DNA from: Candidatus Nanohaloarchaea archaeon
Lineage (GTDB): Archaea; Nanohalarchaeota; Nanosalinia; Nanosalinales; Nanosalinaceae
Assembly: GCA_041640035.1 (NCBI GenBank)
Contig: JBEQBC010000002.1
Location: 1 to 64,000 of the forward strand
Direction: 5' to 3'
Length of the DNA: 64,000 nucleotides
The notes under the pieces are model-generated. The model ran no database searches and was not told the DNA's origin. It saw only the letters and a program-made list of their open reading frames with translations. The position numbers and the translations under genes were made by a program. Below, in pieces: positions 50,266 to 58,932 of the stretch (its first letter is position 1; each line of letters opens with the position of its first letter).

Positions 50266-50374
50266 CTGTATACCTGTTTTGGAGAAGTGAGATTCATAAA
50301 ATAACTGACCTTCTATGAATTGAGGGATGATAGTGGTGTTGGTTTTTTGAAGATTCGCCGTGTATCTTGTTACT

Positions 50375-50824
50375 ATGATTGATCCTCGTGAACTTGAGGG
50401 ATTCGAGAAAGATGTTTTCTTCCTTGGAGTTTCCCTGCTTCTAGCAGTTTCGTTTGTTGCAGCACATAATACTACTGTTTCCGAGGATCAGCCAGAAGTC
50501 GGTCCGATCGAACTTCACTCCGAGTGCATAGGTTTTGATGCAGGTGTCTGCCTGGGAATCGAACATGTAACACATACAGTCGATAATTACTTTGATGAAA
50601 ACTATACTGATCCGGAGCCAGGTACAAGTGAATATTACCAGCGAGTTGAAGCGGAGTTGATGCTTCAGGGCTACGGTGTTTGTAGAGAGAATCAGGATAT
50701 GACTGGTATGGACTGGGTTTCTGAGACCAGTTATGATAACAAGACCGGTGATGAGTGGCTTGAGAACGAGAATATCCAGCTTCTTCCGTGTGAGGATACT
50801 TTCCGTTACACTTTGGAAGATTAA
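50375..50824 (+). CDS. TM-anchored Cys-containing small protein
   Basis: N-terminal TM; CIG...CLG and C...DW...EW...LPC motifs. Confidence 0.7.
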   Translation: MIDPRELEGFEKDVFFLGVSLLLAVSFVAAHNTTVSEDQPEVGPIELHSECIGFDAGVCLGIEHVTHTVDNYFDENYTDPEPGTSEYYQRVEAELMLQGYGVCRENQDMTGMDWVSETSYDNKTGDEWLENENIQLLPCEDTFRYTLED

Positions 50825-50887
50825 CTGACTGACCGGTTTTAAAAGTTTTCAGAGTCTTCTGGTTAGTTAAGAGGTGCTTAAATTACT

Positions 50888-51370
50888 ATGAGTTATGTTG
50901 AAAGAACTTTTGTAGCTATCAAGCCTGACGCAGTTAAAAGAGGGCTTATCGGAAAAATTACAAGCCGGTTCGAGGAAGCCGGTTTCAAAATCATGGGTAT
51001 GAAGATGGTTCAGGCGACCGATCAGCTGCTTGAACAGCATTACGAAGAGCATGTTGACAAGCCGTTCTACGATGACCTTGCAGATTACATGAAGCAGGGA
51101 CCGGTAGTTGCCATGGTACTGGAAGGAGTACATGCAGCAGAAAACATCCGGAAGATCGTAGGAGATACAAGTGCTCGAGACGCACATCCATCAACAATCA
51201 GAGGTCAGTACGGACACATGTCGATGGATCACGCGGATGAAACAGACACCAAGTACAAGAACCTGGTTCACGCATCCGAACCTGGAGAAGCAGACAGAGA
51301 AATAGAGATCTGGTTTGAGGAAGACGAGCTTCACGACTACGAACACACAGACGAAGAACAGGTAAGATAA
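50888..51370 (+). CDS. ndk: Nucleoside-diphosphate kinase
   Basis: ERTFVAIKPDAVKRGLIG, HYEEHVDKPFY, TIRG, NLVHAS. Confidence 0.96.
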   Translation: MSYVERTFVAIKPDAVKRGLIGKITSRFEEAGFKIMGMKMVQATDQLLEQHYEEHVDKPFYDDLADYMKQGPVVAMVLEGVHAAENIRKIVGDTSARDAHPSTIRGQYGHMSMDHADETDTKYKNLVHASEPGEADREIEIWFEEDELHDYEHTDEEQVR

Positions 51371-51377
51371 CAACACT

Positions 51378-51569
51378 GTGACACGACTTTACCGTTCAGA
51401 ATCCGACAGAATCCTTGGCGGAGTATGTGGAGGGATCGCAGAGATCTATGATTTGGATCCGTCCCTAGTCCGTCTTGTAGCGGCTTTACTTGTCCTTGGA
51501 GCCGGTTCAGGGCTATTGATCTATCTACTGGCCTGGCTGATCATCCCTACCAAAAGCGAAGTTAAGTAA
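51378..51569 (+). CDS. PspC domain protein
   Basis: RLYRSESDRILGGVCGGIAE...DPSLVR...YLLAWLIIP. Confidence 0.9.
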   Translation: MTRLYRSESDRILGGVCGGIAEIYDLDPSLVRLVAALLVLGAGSGLLIYLLAWLIIPTKSEVK

Positions 51570-51590
51570 AAAGAAGAAGTAGTAGTTTTC

Positions 51591-51663
51591 GGGAGGTTCA
51601 GCACTTAATAGGACAAGCAAAGAGTCTCTGCTTGCGTTCCCGCAGGGCTCATCATCACCCCCC
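51591..51663 (-). ncRNA. C/D-box-like sRNA downstream of pheT
   Basis: Minus strand reads GGGGGGT-G-ATGATGA (box C)...CTGA (box D)-ACCTCCC. It has a 7-bp terminal stem, an internal hairpin and a U-rich tract after it. Confidence 0.65.
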
Positions 51664-51679
51664 TCTCTCAATTTTTCTA

Positions 51680-53311
51680 TTATTCGTAAAGTTTCTCTAC
51701 ATCCAGTTCAAGTCCGACAGCTTTCTGTTCAAGCTCCCAGTTATCAAGGACATCTTCATTGATCTCTCCCAGGTGTCCGATGGTTTCTCCATCTTTGATT
51801 ATTTCTGCTGCCCGGTCATGTGTGTAGTAAGGCATCTCGCTTTCATTTACTTTGAGATCGAATCCTGTGTCTCTTTCTATGACCTGTAGGACCTGTCGGA
51901 TATCTGTGAAGTCGACATCGGTACCTGAGATTACATAGGACATTTTCCGTACATTTCTGGCGCCGTTCTGTTCCGGATAGGCGACATCTTCGGCCTCGTA
52001 GAATCTCTGAGGATAGCTGTGCTGCCTGTTGTTCTTCAGGACCTCCATCATGGATGGAAGCATCTGGTTCCTGACAACTGTGTAGTCTTCTGTTAAAGCG
52101 TTGCTCATCTCGACTACATTCTGCTCAGCCGCGTTCATGTTGTGGAATAGTTTTTCTTTGCTGGATAGTGTGAATGTGTGTGCTTCCAGTGCTCCGGTTC
52201 CCTGTAGGATATCTCTGAGTTCTTCTGTATGCTCTTCTATACTTTTTTCATCTGCAGCCGTATCCAGTTCCGGCAGTTCCGGTTCTATATTGTGGTACCT
52301 GTGTGCGATGACGATGTCTTCGATCAGATCGTACTGATGCATTACATCTGTCCGATATGAAGGTATGCCGACCTTGATGCTGTTTTTCTTTTTCTTGGCT
52401 CTGAAACGCATCTGTTCCAGTCTTTCAGCGATCTCATCTTTAGATAAGTCGAGACCTGAGACTTCTCGGAAGTAATCTAGCTCCAGCTTCATCTCTTCTG
52501 GTTCCAGTAGAGGCATGTGATTGTTCTCGATCTCTACCGTTTCGATTCCTGCTCCTCTTTCGGCTAAAGCCGTGGTCAGGATGTTTACGACCTTGAGAAC
52601 TGTGTCTTTGTCCTTTCCTGTTACATCGATGAAGATATCTGTTGTTTCGGAGGTTACTTCTGTTAGCTGGTTGTTGATGATAGGTGGGAAGCTGAGGATC
52701 TGACCGTTGGAGTCCTCGATGATCGGGTACTGGTCTTCGTCTTCCAGTATCCAGGCGTATTCCTGTCCTTTGTCGTGTTCGTCTAGTATTTCCTCTAGAT
52801 GTACCTCTTCGCCGTATTCAAGAGGCGTAAAGCTTACCTGTTCTGGTGCTACTGCTTTGTAGGTGAAAGGCGGTTCTACTGAGTCCAGGTCGTGGAGTCC
52901 GATGGCTATCTTGTCTCTTCTCCTTCCTACTGTCTGATGTAGCTTTTCCTGTAGCTGGATCAGGCCGTTGATTATTCTTGGTGTTAGTTCGACATCTCTG
53001 ATTACTGCTCCGCCTATGTAAGGTCTTACAGTTTCTACTGATTCGTCTACATCCAGTCGGATGTTTCCTTTGGTGGTTTTGTAGTTTCTTACTCCTGTTT
53101 CAAGGTCGAAGAATCCTTTGTATGCTCTTGCCAATCCTTCAACACTTAGGAGGTCCGGGCGGTTGGGGTATGTTTCTACTTCCCATTTGTCGCCTTCTTC
53201 GTGGTTCCAGTGTGCTCCGAGGTATGATGCTTCTTCATGTAGTTTTTCTTCGCTGATTTCCTGTCCTAGTAGTTCTTCGAATTCTTTCTTGTTTATCTTT
53301 AGTGTCGGCAT
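51680..53311 (-). CDS. pheT: Phenylalanine--tRNA ligase beta subunit
   Basis: PNRPDLLSVEGLAR, QEKLH...GRRR..IAIGLHDL, LSFPPIIN, YRTDVMH..DLIED. Confidence 0.95.
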   Translation of the reverse strand: MPTLKINKKEFEELLGQEISEEKLHEEASYLGAHWNHEEGDKWEVETYPNRPDLLSVEGLARAYKGFFDLETGVRNYKTTKGNIRLDVDESVETVRPYIGGAVIRDVELTPRIINGLIQLQEKLHQTVGRRRDKIAIGLHDLDSVEPPFTYKAVAPEQVSFTPLEYGEEVHLEEILDEHDKGQEYAWILEDEDQYPIIEDSNGQILSFPPIINNQLTEVTSETTDIFIDVTGKDKDTVLKVVNILTTALAERGAGIETVEIENNHMPLLEPEEMKLELDYFREVSGLDLSKDEIAERLEQMRFRAKKKKNSIKVGIPSYRTDVMHQYDLIEDIVIAHRYHNIEPELPELDTAADEKSIEEHTEELRDILQGTGALEAHTFTLSSKEKLFHNMNAAEQNVVEMSNALTEDYTVVRNQMLPSMMEVLKNNRQHSYPQRFYEAEDVAYPEQNGARNVRKMSYVISGTDVDFTDIRQVLQVIERDTGFDLKVNESEMPYYTHDRAAEIIKDGETIGHLGEINEDVLDNWELEQKAVGLELDVEKLYE

Positions 53312-54693
53312 TATTCTGGCCTCCATTTTGGTGTTGTTTCAAGGAGTTCTATGTCGTTTCTGTACAGTTCGCGGATATCCTCGATTCCTGCTGCTTTGGC
53401 TGCTATTCTTCCGACTCCTAGGCCCCAGGCGAGTACTCTGGCTTCGAATCCTAGCAGTGGTTTGACTACTTCTGGTCGGAACATTCCTGCTCCTCCGAGT
53501 CCTAGCCATTCCTCTTCTTCCTCATCGTATACCTGTACTTCTACGCTCATCTCAGTGTATGGGTAGTATGATGGTATTAGCCGGAATTCTTCGTATCCCA
53601 TTTTGTGGAAGAATTCGCTGATGTATCCTTTGAGGTTTGCGAAGCTGAGGTCTTTTCCTACTACGATTCCGTCGGTCTGGAAGAACTCTGGTAGGTGGAA
53701 CCGGTCTATCGTTTCATTTCGGAAGTTTCTGGATACTGTGAAGTATTTCTTTGGAAGGTCTTCTTCGTTTATTTCGGATAGTTTTCTTGCTGATACTGCT
53801 GTGGTATGTGTTCTGAGTACATTCTTGGCTGCTTCTTCTTCGCTCCAGTCGTAGCCCCATCCTGTGCTTCCTGTGGTCCAGCCGTCTTCATGTGTCTCTT
53901 TGATTCTCTGAGCTATCTTTTCTAAGTCGTTTAGGTCGGCTGTTTCAGGGTTTGAGAGGAAGAAGGTGTCATGCATTTCCCGCGCTGGGTGGTCCTGTGG
54001 CGTATATAGTGCGTCGAAGTTAAGCAGGCTGGAGACTACATATTCTCCCTGCATTTCCCGGAAGCCCATTTCCATCCAGTTTTTCCGGGCTTCGGTGATA
54101 ATTTCCTTGTAGAAGTGTTTTTTACCGGTTCTAGGTGTTTTGACTTCTGCTTCTACATTGAAGTCGACATCTACTTCTTCAGGATTTATTTCTTCTGTTT
54201 TTTCTGTCGGCTGTAGTGTTCTTATTATGTTTTCTACTGTCTCGATCAGGCCTCTTTCTTCGTGTTCTGAGGTGTAGTTTCCGTTTTCGAGTCTAAACTG
54301 TAGGTTGTCTTGGTCGGTGTTTTTGTGGCCTTCGTCGGTTATTGATACTTTTCCTGCACTTATTTCGATCCAGCCTTTTTCTCTGGCTTTTCCTAGTGCT
54401 ACATCCATTTCGTCGATATCTAGTTCTGAGACTTCGCTTGGTCCTTGTTCGACTTCTTCCAGTAATTGGTATTCAGGTGATCCCTGTTCAAGTACTTTCT
54501 CTCCTTTTTCTGTGAGTTCTTTGTGTATCTCTGTTTCTTCCTCAGTTTCCACTAGGTCTTTTTCTTCCAGTTCTATTGCTGCACGGTTGACCATGGACTG
54601 GTCGAATCCTTCTTTTTCCAGTTCTCTTACTGTGAGGTCTCCGTGTTTTTTCAGTTCCTTGAAGATATCCAGTGCCTGAGAGGTGAGTTTCAC
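53311..54693 (-). CDS. pheS: Phenylalanine--tRNA ligase alpha subunit
   Basis: NFDALYTPQDHPAREMHDTF, LRTHTT, FRNE..D..HLPEF, GAGMFRPEV, AWGLG. Confidence 0.96.
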   Translation of the reverse strand: MKLTSQALDIFKELKKHGDLTVRELEKEGFDQSMVNRAAIELEEKDLVETEEETEIHKELTEKGEKVLEQGSPEYQLLEEVEQGPSEVSELDIDEMDVALGKAREKGWIEISAGKVSITDEGHKNTDQDNLQFRLENGNYTSEHEERGLIETVENIIRTLQPTEKTEEINPEEVDVDFNVEAEVKTPRTGKKHFYKEIITEARKNWMEMGFREMQGEYVVSSLLNFDALYTPQDHPAREMHDTFFLSNPETADLNDLEKIAQRIKETHEDGWTTGSTGWGYDWSEEEAAKNVLRTHTTAVSARKLSEINEEDLPKKYFTVSRNFRNETIDRFHLPEFFQTDGIVVGKDLSFANLKGYISEFFHKMGYEEFRLIPSYYPYTEMSVEVQVYDEEEEEWLGLGGAGMFRPEVVKPLLGFEARVLAWGLGVGRIAAKAAGIEDIRELYRNDIELLETTPKWRPE

Positions 54694-54806
54694 AAGTCAC
54701 TGTATGGGTCTAGAAATTTTTAAACATGAATAAGTCGGCTACGAAGGTTTACCGATTAAATTAACAGAAAGAGAAGGATATGTGCTTGATGAGAAATAAT
54801 GGGGTT

Positions 54807-55172
54807 CTAAAGTACTCTTTTGATCTTGTCTGTTGCTTTCTCCATTTCTACTTTGACTAGTCCCATGTTGACATCGTCGTCTGTCAGGATTGCGAGAATT
54901 CCTTCGTCTCCGGCTCCTGTAGCGACCAATTTACCATTTTCTGCCTCAATAGTAACTGCCTCAACATTACCCATTTCAAGTGAGTCACTAGCCGTTTCTC
55001 CGGAACCTACTGTGGAAGCTGTCATAGCTCCGACCTGATCGTCGTTGATGTCTGAACTTAGATTTGATGCTATGAGGAGTCCGTCTCTTCGGACCACTGC
55101 TGCTCCTTTTACGCTTTGTACATCGTCCAGATCGTCGAGCGGTTCCTGGAGTTTTTCTTCTTTACTTGCCAT
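54807..55172 (-). CDS. Roadblock/LC7 (MglB-like) domain protein
   Basis: VKGAAVVRRDGLLIAS, VGAMTAS, IEAENG, NMGLV. Confidence 0.9.
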   Translation of the reverse strand: MASKEEKLQEPLDDLDDVQSVKGAAVVRRDGLLIASNLSSDINDDQVGAMTASTVGSGETASDSLEMGNVEAVTIEAENGKLVATGAGDEGILAILTDDDVNMGLVKVEMEKATDKIKRVL

Positions 55173-55233
55173 CCTTATACACCATTATACCTCTTGAGTA
55201 TTTTTAAATTGTTTTGATTTACTCCCGCTTACC

Positions 55234-56397
55234 TTAAGCATAGTACCAGGAGTGTTGATCCATGATTTTGTTCATAAGTCTTTCAAGCGACTCATCCAGA
55301 TTATCACCGTTCTTGGCGTCGATTCCCATCGTCTCAATTCCTGTCTCCTCTTCAATTTCCTCAGGATCTAATGCCTCGTCCTTGTTCTGGAAGTTCGCAA
55401 GTATGATAAACGGAAGTTCCTCAGCAGTCAAGTCCTGCTTAAGTTCTTCGACTCTTTCGTAGTTAGGATCTCTTGAGTCGACTACTATGAAGCATCCGAA
55501 CATTGACTGTCCTAGGAAGTCCAGAGCCCAGTCAAACCGTTTCTGACCTGGTGTTCCAAACAGTTCAGCCTTCAATCCTTTCTTCTCTACCTGTCCATGG
55601 TCCAAGGCAACTGTTGTACCAAGCCTGTCGACCGAAACTGATTCCGCGGACATATTCTGTACGGTTGTTGACTTTCCTGCGTCGTAAGGTCCGGTTACCA
55701 GTAGTTTTGGTACATACATGACCAGTCCTCTCGGTGTGATGTCGAAAGGTACTCTGGTTTCCACATCCGGTTTCCTGATTTCGATGAATTTCAGGATGAT
55801 TCCGGATCTTTCTAGACCTTTTAGATGTATTACATAGTCAAATATTTCTTCAAGTTCTTCTAGTTCTTCCCCCTCATCTTCAAATCCGAGGTTTGGCAGT
55901 AGGAAGTAGTTTACTGTGCTGGTTCGTCCTGCTACAGGCCGCAGTGATTCTGCAAAGTCCTGCATCTCGCCCCACTGTCCTACGAATGCGTCCAGTGAGT
56001 CTAATACAAATGTTGATCCCCAGCTTTCCATTTCCTCCATTGCATCGATTGATACTTCCTTGGATTCTTCAATATAGTCTTTTCTATCTGCCTTGAGATT
56101 GGTATCGATATTAAACTTCTCGTTGGACTCCTTTCCTAGAGTGGATGAGAAGCCATCGATGATAGCAAAGTTATCGCTTTCTGGGTTGTCTACTCTTTCC
56201 TTAACATATTGAGGCATCTTGTTGTTGATGAAGTAGATTACATTATCTTCCTGCTCCATCCTGTAATTTACTAGCGCTGAAGCAAATTTTGACTTGTCTA
56301 CTGCTAGATCAGCGAGGAAAAGAACATTTGATCCGTCTTCTACTCCTCCATCTAATGCCTCATTCAATCGATCCAGAGGAAGTTCAATCTTGGACAT
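55234..56397 (-). CDS. Fusion of a degenerate KaiC/RAD55-like domain and an MglA-like small GTPase
   Basis: N-terminal LNEALDGG...VLDSL...DYVIHL; C-terminal GPYDAGKST, TTVALDHG, FGTPGQKRF, ANFQN. Confidence 0.85.
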   Translation of the reverse strand: MSKIELPLDRLNEALDGGVEDGSNVLFLADLAVDKSKFASALVNYRMEQEDNVIYFINNKMPQYVKERVDNPESDNFAIIDGFSSTLGKESNEKFNIDTNLKADRKDYIEESKEVSIDAMEEMESWGSTFVLDSLDAFVGQWGEMQDFAESLRPVAGRTSTVNYFLLPNLGFEDEGEELEELEEIFDYVIHLKGLERSGIILKFIEIRKPDVETRVPFDITPRGLVMYVPKLLVTGPYDAGKSTTVQNMSAESVSVDRLGTTVALDHGQVEKKGLKAELFGTPGQKRFDWALDFLGQSMFGCFIVVDSRDPNYERVEELKQDLTAEELPFIILANFQNKDEALDPEEIEEETGIETMGIDAKNGDNLDESLERLMNKIMDQHSWYYA

Positions 56398-56513
56398 ATG
56401 AATGCTTATGTTTTACTTGTTTATAAAACTAGTTTGAGATGTTAAGGACCGGTAAATCTGGTTTTAGAGCTACTGCTAACCGATACAGATAAGAGAAAAA
56501 TATGCTGTTTGAT

Positions 56514-57212
56514 CTAGTCCTCTACTGATATCTTGCCTTCATCCTGGTCAACCTTCATTGTCTTCCAGTCCCTGGTGTGATCAGTCTTATCCATCCTTGA
56601 AACAGATAGCTTCTTGTCATCCCCATCAAGTTTCAGTTTGATAACTCCATCCGCTACATGGTTAATGGTTGAAAGTGTCTGTTCATCATGCGTACTTTGC
56701 TCGATAGTGATGAAGAGTGCTCCACCGGAAGATGAGCTCTTTGCTCCGATAACCTGGAGAAGCTTAACCGTTGATTGGGAATCTGTATACAGTAGAAGTG
56801 TTGAAGCAGAGTTAACAACCACTCTCTTCTTTTCATCACCTAAAGCATTCATAGCGTCAGTAAAGGTCATGTTCATCTGGTTCATATCGGATAGACCGTC
56901 AAGTGCGTACATTGAGTCCGATCCTCCTGCCTGCCAGGAATAGCCATCGATGAACACCAGTTGATCGTCCTTGTAGCCTTCGAAATCCCAGCCGTAGTAG
57001 TCAGCGTCATCTATGACTTCGTCTGGAGATCCGTCAAGTGTGAGGTATAATCCTTCTTCACCGTCGTCTAATCCCTGCTGCATTATTTTGTTTACGAGAG
57101 GGTCTTTACCTGTTCCTTTGTCCCCCATTATGATTACTGTGGAGTTTGCAGGTACTCCTCCTTCAAGCATATCGTCTAATTTGTCTATTCCGGTGCTTAA
57201 TCTATCTGGCAT
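56514..57212 (-). CDS. KaiC/RAD55-like RecA-superfamily protein, partly degenerate
   Basis: LSTGIDKLDDMLEGGVP, GDKGTGKD, FIDGYS, HVADGVIKL. Confidence 0.88.
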   Translation of the reverse strand: MPDRLSTGIDKLDDMLEGGVPANSTVIIMGDKGTGKDPLVNKIMQQGLDDGEEGLYLTLDGSPDEVIDDADYYGWDFEGYKDDQLVFIDGYSWQAGGSDSMYALDGLSDMNQMNMTFTDAMNALGDEKKRVVVNSASTLLLYTDSQSTVKLLQVIGAKSSSSGGALFITIEQSTHDEQTLSTINHVADGVIKLKLDGDDKKLSVSRMDKTDHTRDWKTMKVDQDEGKISVED

Positions 57213-57375
57213 TAATCAATTAACCTCCTGTAAAGATTGGTACTGACCTGTATAATTATTGTTGAAGACATCTGTTTATAATATTCTCTCCAACCCCCCC
57301 CCAGTCCCGGCCTACTCAAAGGTACGGATTCTGATCCGGCTAACTTTAATAGTAGAAGTACCCTAATGATTAACT

Positions 57376-58101
57376 ATGCCAGAGGTTGAAAGAGCCAAGA
57401 CAGGAGTGAACGGACTGGACCAGCTTCTAAACGGCGGTATCCCAAGAGGACATATCGTACTTGTCAGCGGGACCTCTGGAAGCGGTAAAACAACTCTAAC
57501 AACAGAGTACCTTTACAACGGCGCCAAAGATAACGACGAAACCGGTGTCTACTTCTCTATATCAGAGCCTATCGAAGAGATTAAGGAGACAAGCAAGGTC
57601 TTCGGAATGGATTTCGATGACGACGAAATAAAGGACAATGTTCACTTCGAGGAGGTAAGCAACCTTATGAAATCAGGTTCAGGAGGAGAGGTATTCGAAC
57701 CAGAAAGATTCATGGAGAAACTGAAGAGAAAGGTAGAGGAAGTCGACGCCGACAGGCTTGTACTGGACTCTATCACAAAGTTTGCGATGGTGTTCGACAA
57801 CTCGCCGGTAAGAAGAGAATATGTTAACGAATTAGCGGATTTCCTCCGTGACCATGATGTCACCGCGTGCCTTCTCTCAGAAGTTCCATACAGTCAGCAA
57901 AGCCAGCAGGTCAGCCGTTATCAGATTATTGAGTTCGTGGTTGACGGAGTGATAATGCTGGGATATGAAAGAGTAGAGTCTTCAAGAACCCGTACTATCG
58001 AAGTTTTCAAGATGCGTAGAACAGACCACTCATCGGATATTCACCCGTTGCGTATCACGGATAACGGTATGATGACCTATCCGAACCAGACAGCTTTCTA
58101 G
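57376..58101 (+). CDS. KaiC/RAD55-like single-domain ATPase
   Basis: TGVNGLDQLLNGGIP, GTSGSGKTT, RLVLDSIT, EFVVDGVI, KMR. Confidence 0.9.
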   Translation: MPEVERAKTGVNGLDQLLNGGIPRGHIVLVSGTSGSGKTTLTTEYLYNGAKDNDETGVYFSISEPIEEIKETSKVFGMDFDDDEIKDNVHFEEVSNLMKSGSGGEVFEPERFMEKLKRKVEEVDADRLVLDSITKFAMVFDNSPVRREYVNELADFLRDHDVTACLLSEVPYSQQSQQVSRYQIIEFVVDGVIMLGYERVESSRTRTIEVFKMRRTDHSSDIHPLRITDNGMMTYPNQTAF

Positions 58102-58883
58102 AGATCTCCAAGAGTGTAGAGCTTGTAGCCTATTACCCCGGTTACGAACAGACTTGCCAGAAACGCAAGCAGGTAACCTGTTTCGAGGAAAGCTCCGTTT
58201 ATCACCAGAGAAACTCCAAGTAACAGTAGAAGACCGTAGTCCTGCCATGTATCAAAGTCAAAATGTTCTCTATAAACTGCCGCGGAGACAAGTGAACCGG
58301 TTATACCAGCTAGGATAAACCCGGACATCTCCAGAGTCGCGTGAGGTATGTATAGAACTGGACTGACATACTCTTCTGTACCTTTCAGCGATATCAAGTG
58401 GGAGAAAAAGGCTCCAAGAACTGAAGCGTTCCATGTAAGTATGAAAGCACCTGCTGAACCAATCACAGCAGAAGCAATGAAGATTACAGCATATACACTC
58501 AGGTTATTGACCAATATCTCCGCGAAAAGGGAGTTCAGACTGATGAAGTTGCCTGTCACACCTATAATATTCATCTGTGCTGCAAAGCTTCCTTCAGTGG
58601 CCAAAGCCATTATTAGGAACGCTGAGGCCTGACCAGCGAAAAGAGAGAAATAGCTGAGTATCTCAGACCGATGTGGTCTGCTCTGATTTTCATCCTCCAG
58701 AAACTTCTGGGTCAAGGGATATACTAGAGGTATCGCAGCGAATACAACTGTCAAAACAGATATCCTTGATGGAAAAGCATAGCTTGCGACGATAAAGCCG
58801 GCGAACGCTGTTATTAAACCGGTTAGGTAGAGGAGATCGTATCTTCTGAGATTCTCCTCCTTGAGTATGAACTCCGGTAACAT
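58098..58883 (-). CDS. Stage II sporulation protein M (SpoIIM/DUF95)-like membrane protein
   Basis: Multi-TM; ILVNNL, WNASVLG, PHATLE, AFLE. Confidence 0.8.
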   Translation of the reverse strand: MLPEFILKEENLRRYDLLYLTGLITAFAGFIVASYAFPSRISVLTVVFAAIPLVYPLTQKFLEDENQSRPHRSEILSYFSLFAGQASAFLIMALATEGSFAAQMNIIGVTGNFISLNSLFAEILVNNLSVYAVIFIASAVIGSAGAFILTWNASVLGAFFSHLISLKGTEEYVSPVLYIPHATLEMSGFILAGITGSLVSAAVYREHFDFDTWQDYGLLLLLGVSLVINGAFLETGYLLAFLASLFVTGVIGYKLYTLGDL

Positions 58884-58932
58884 TACAGGAATTAAATGAA
58901 GAAAGATTGTTTAAACCGGTTTTCCACAGATC

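Noticed and set aside
56514-58101. Circadian clock (KaiABC)
   Set aside because: These are single-domain proteins without the tandem Ser-Thr phosphosites, and no kaiA or kaiB is in the window.
58098-58883. SpoIIM-like gene as part of the MoxR module or as evidence of sporulation
   Set aside because: It lies more than 23 kb from the MoxR genes, and the family is widespread in non-sporulating organisms.
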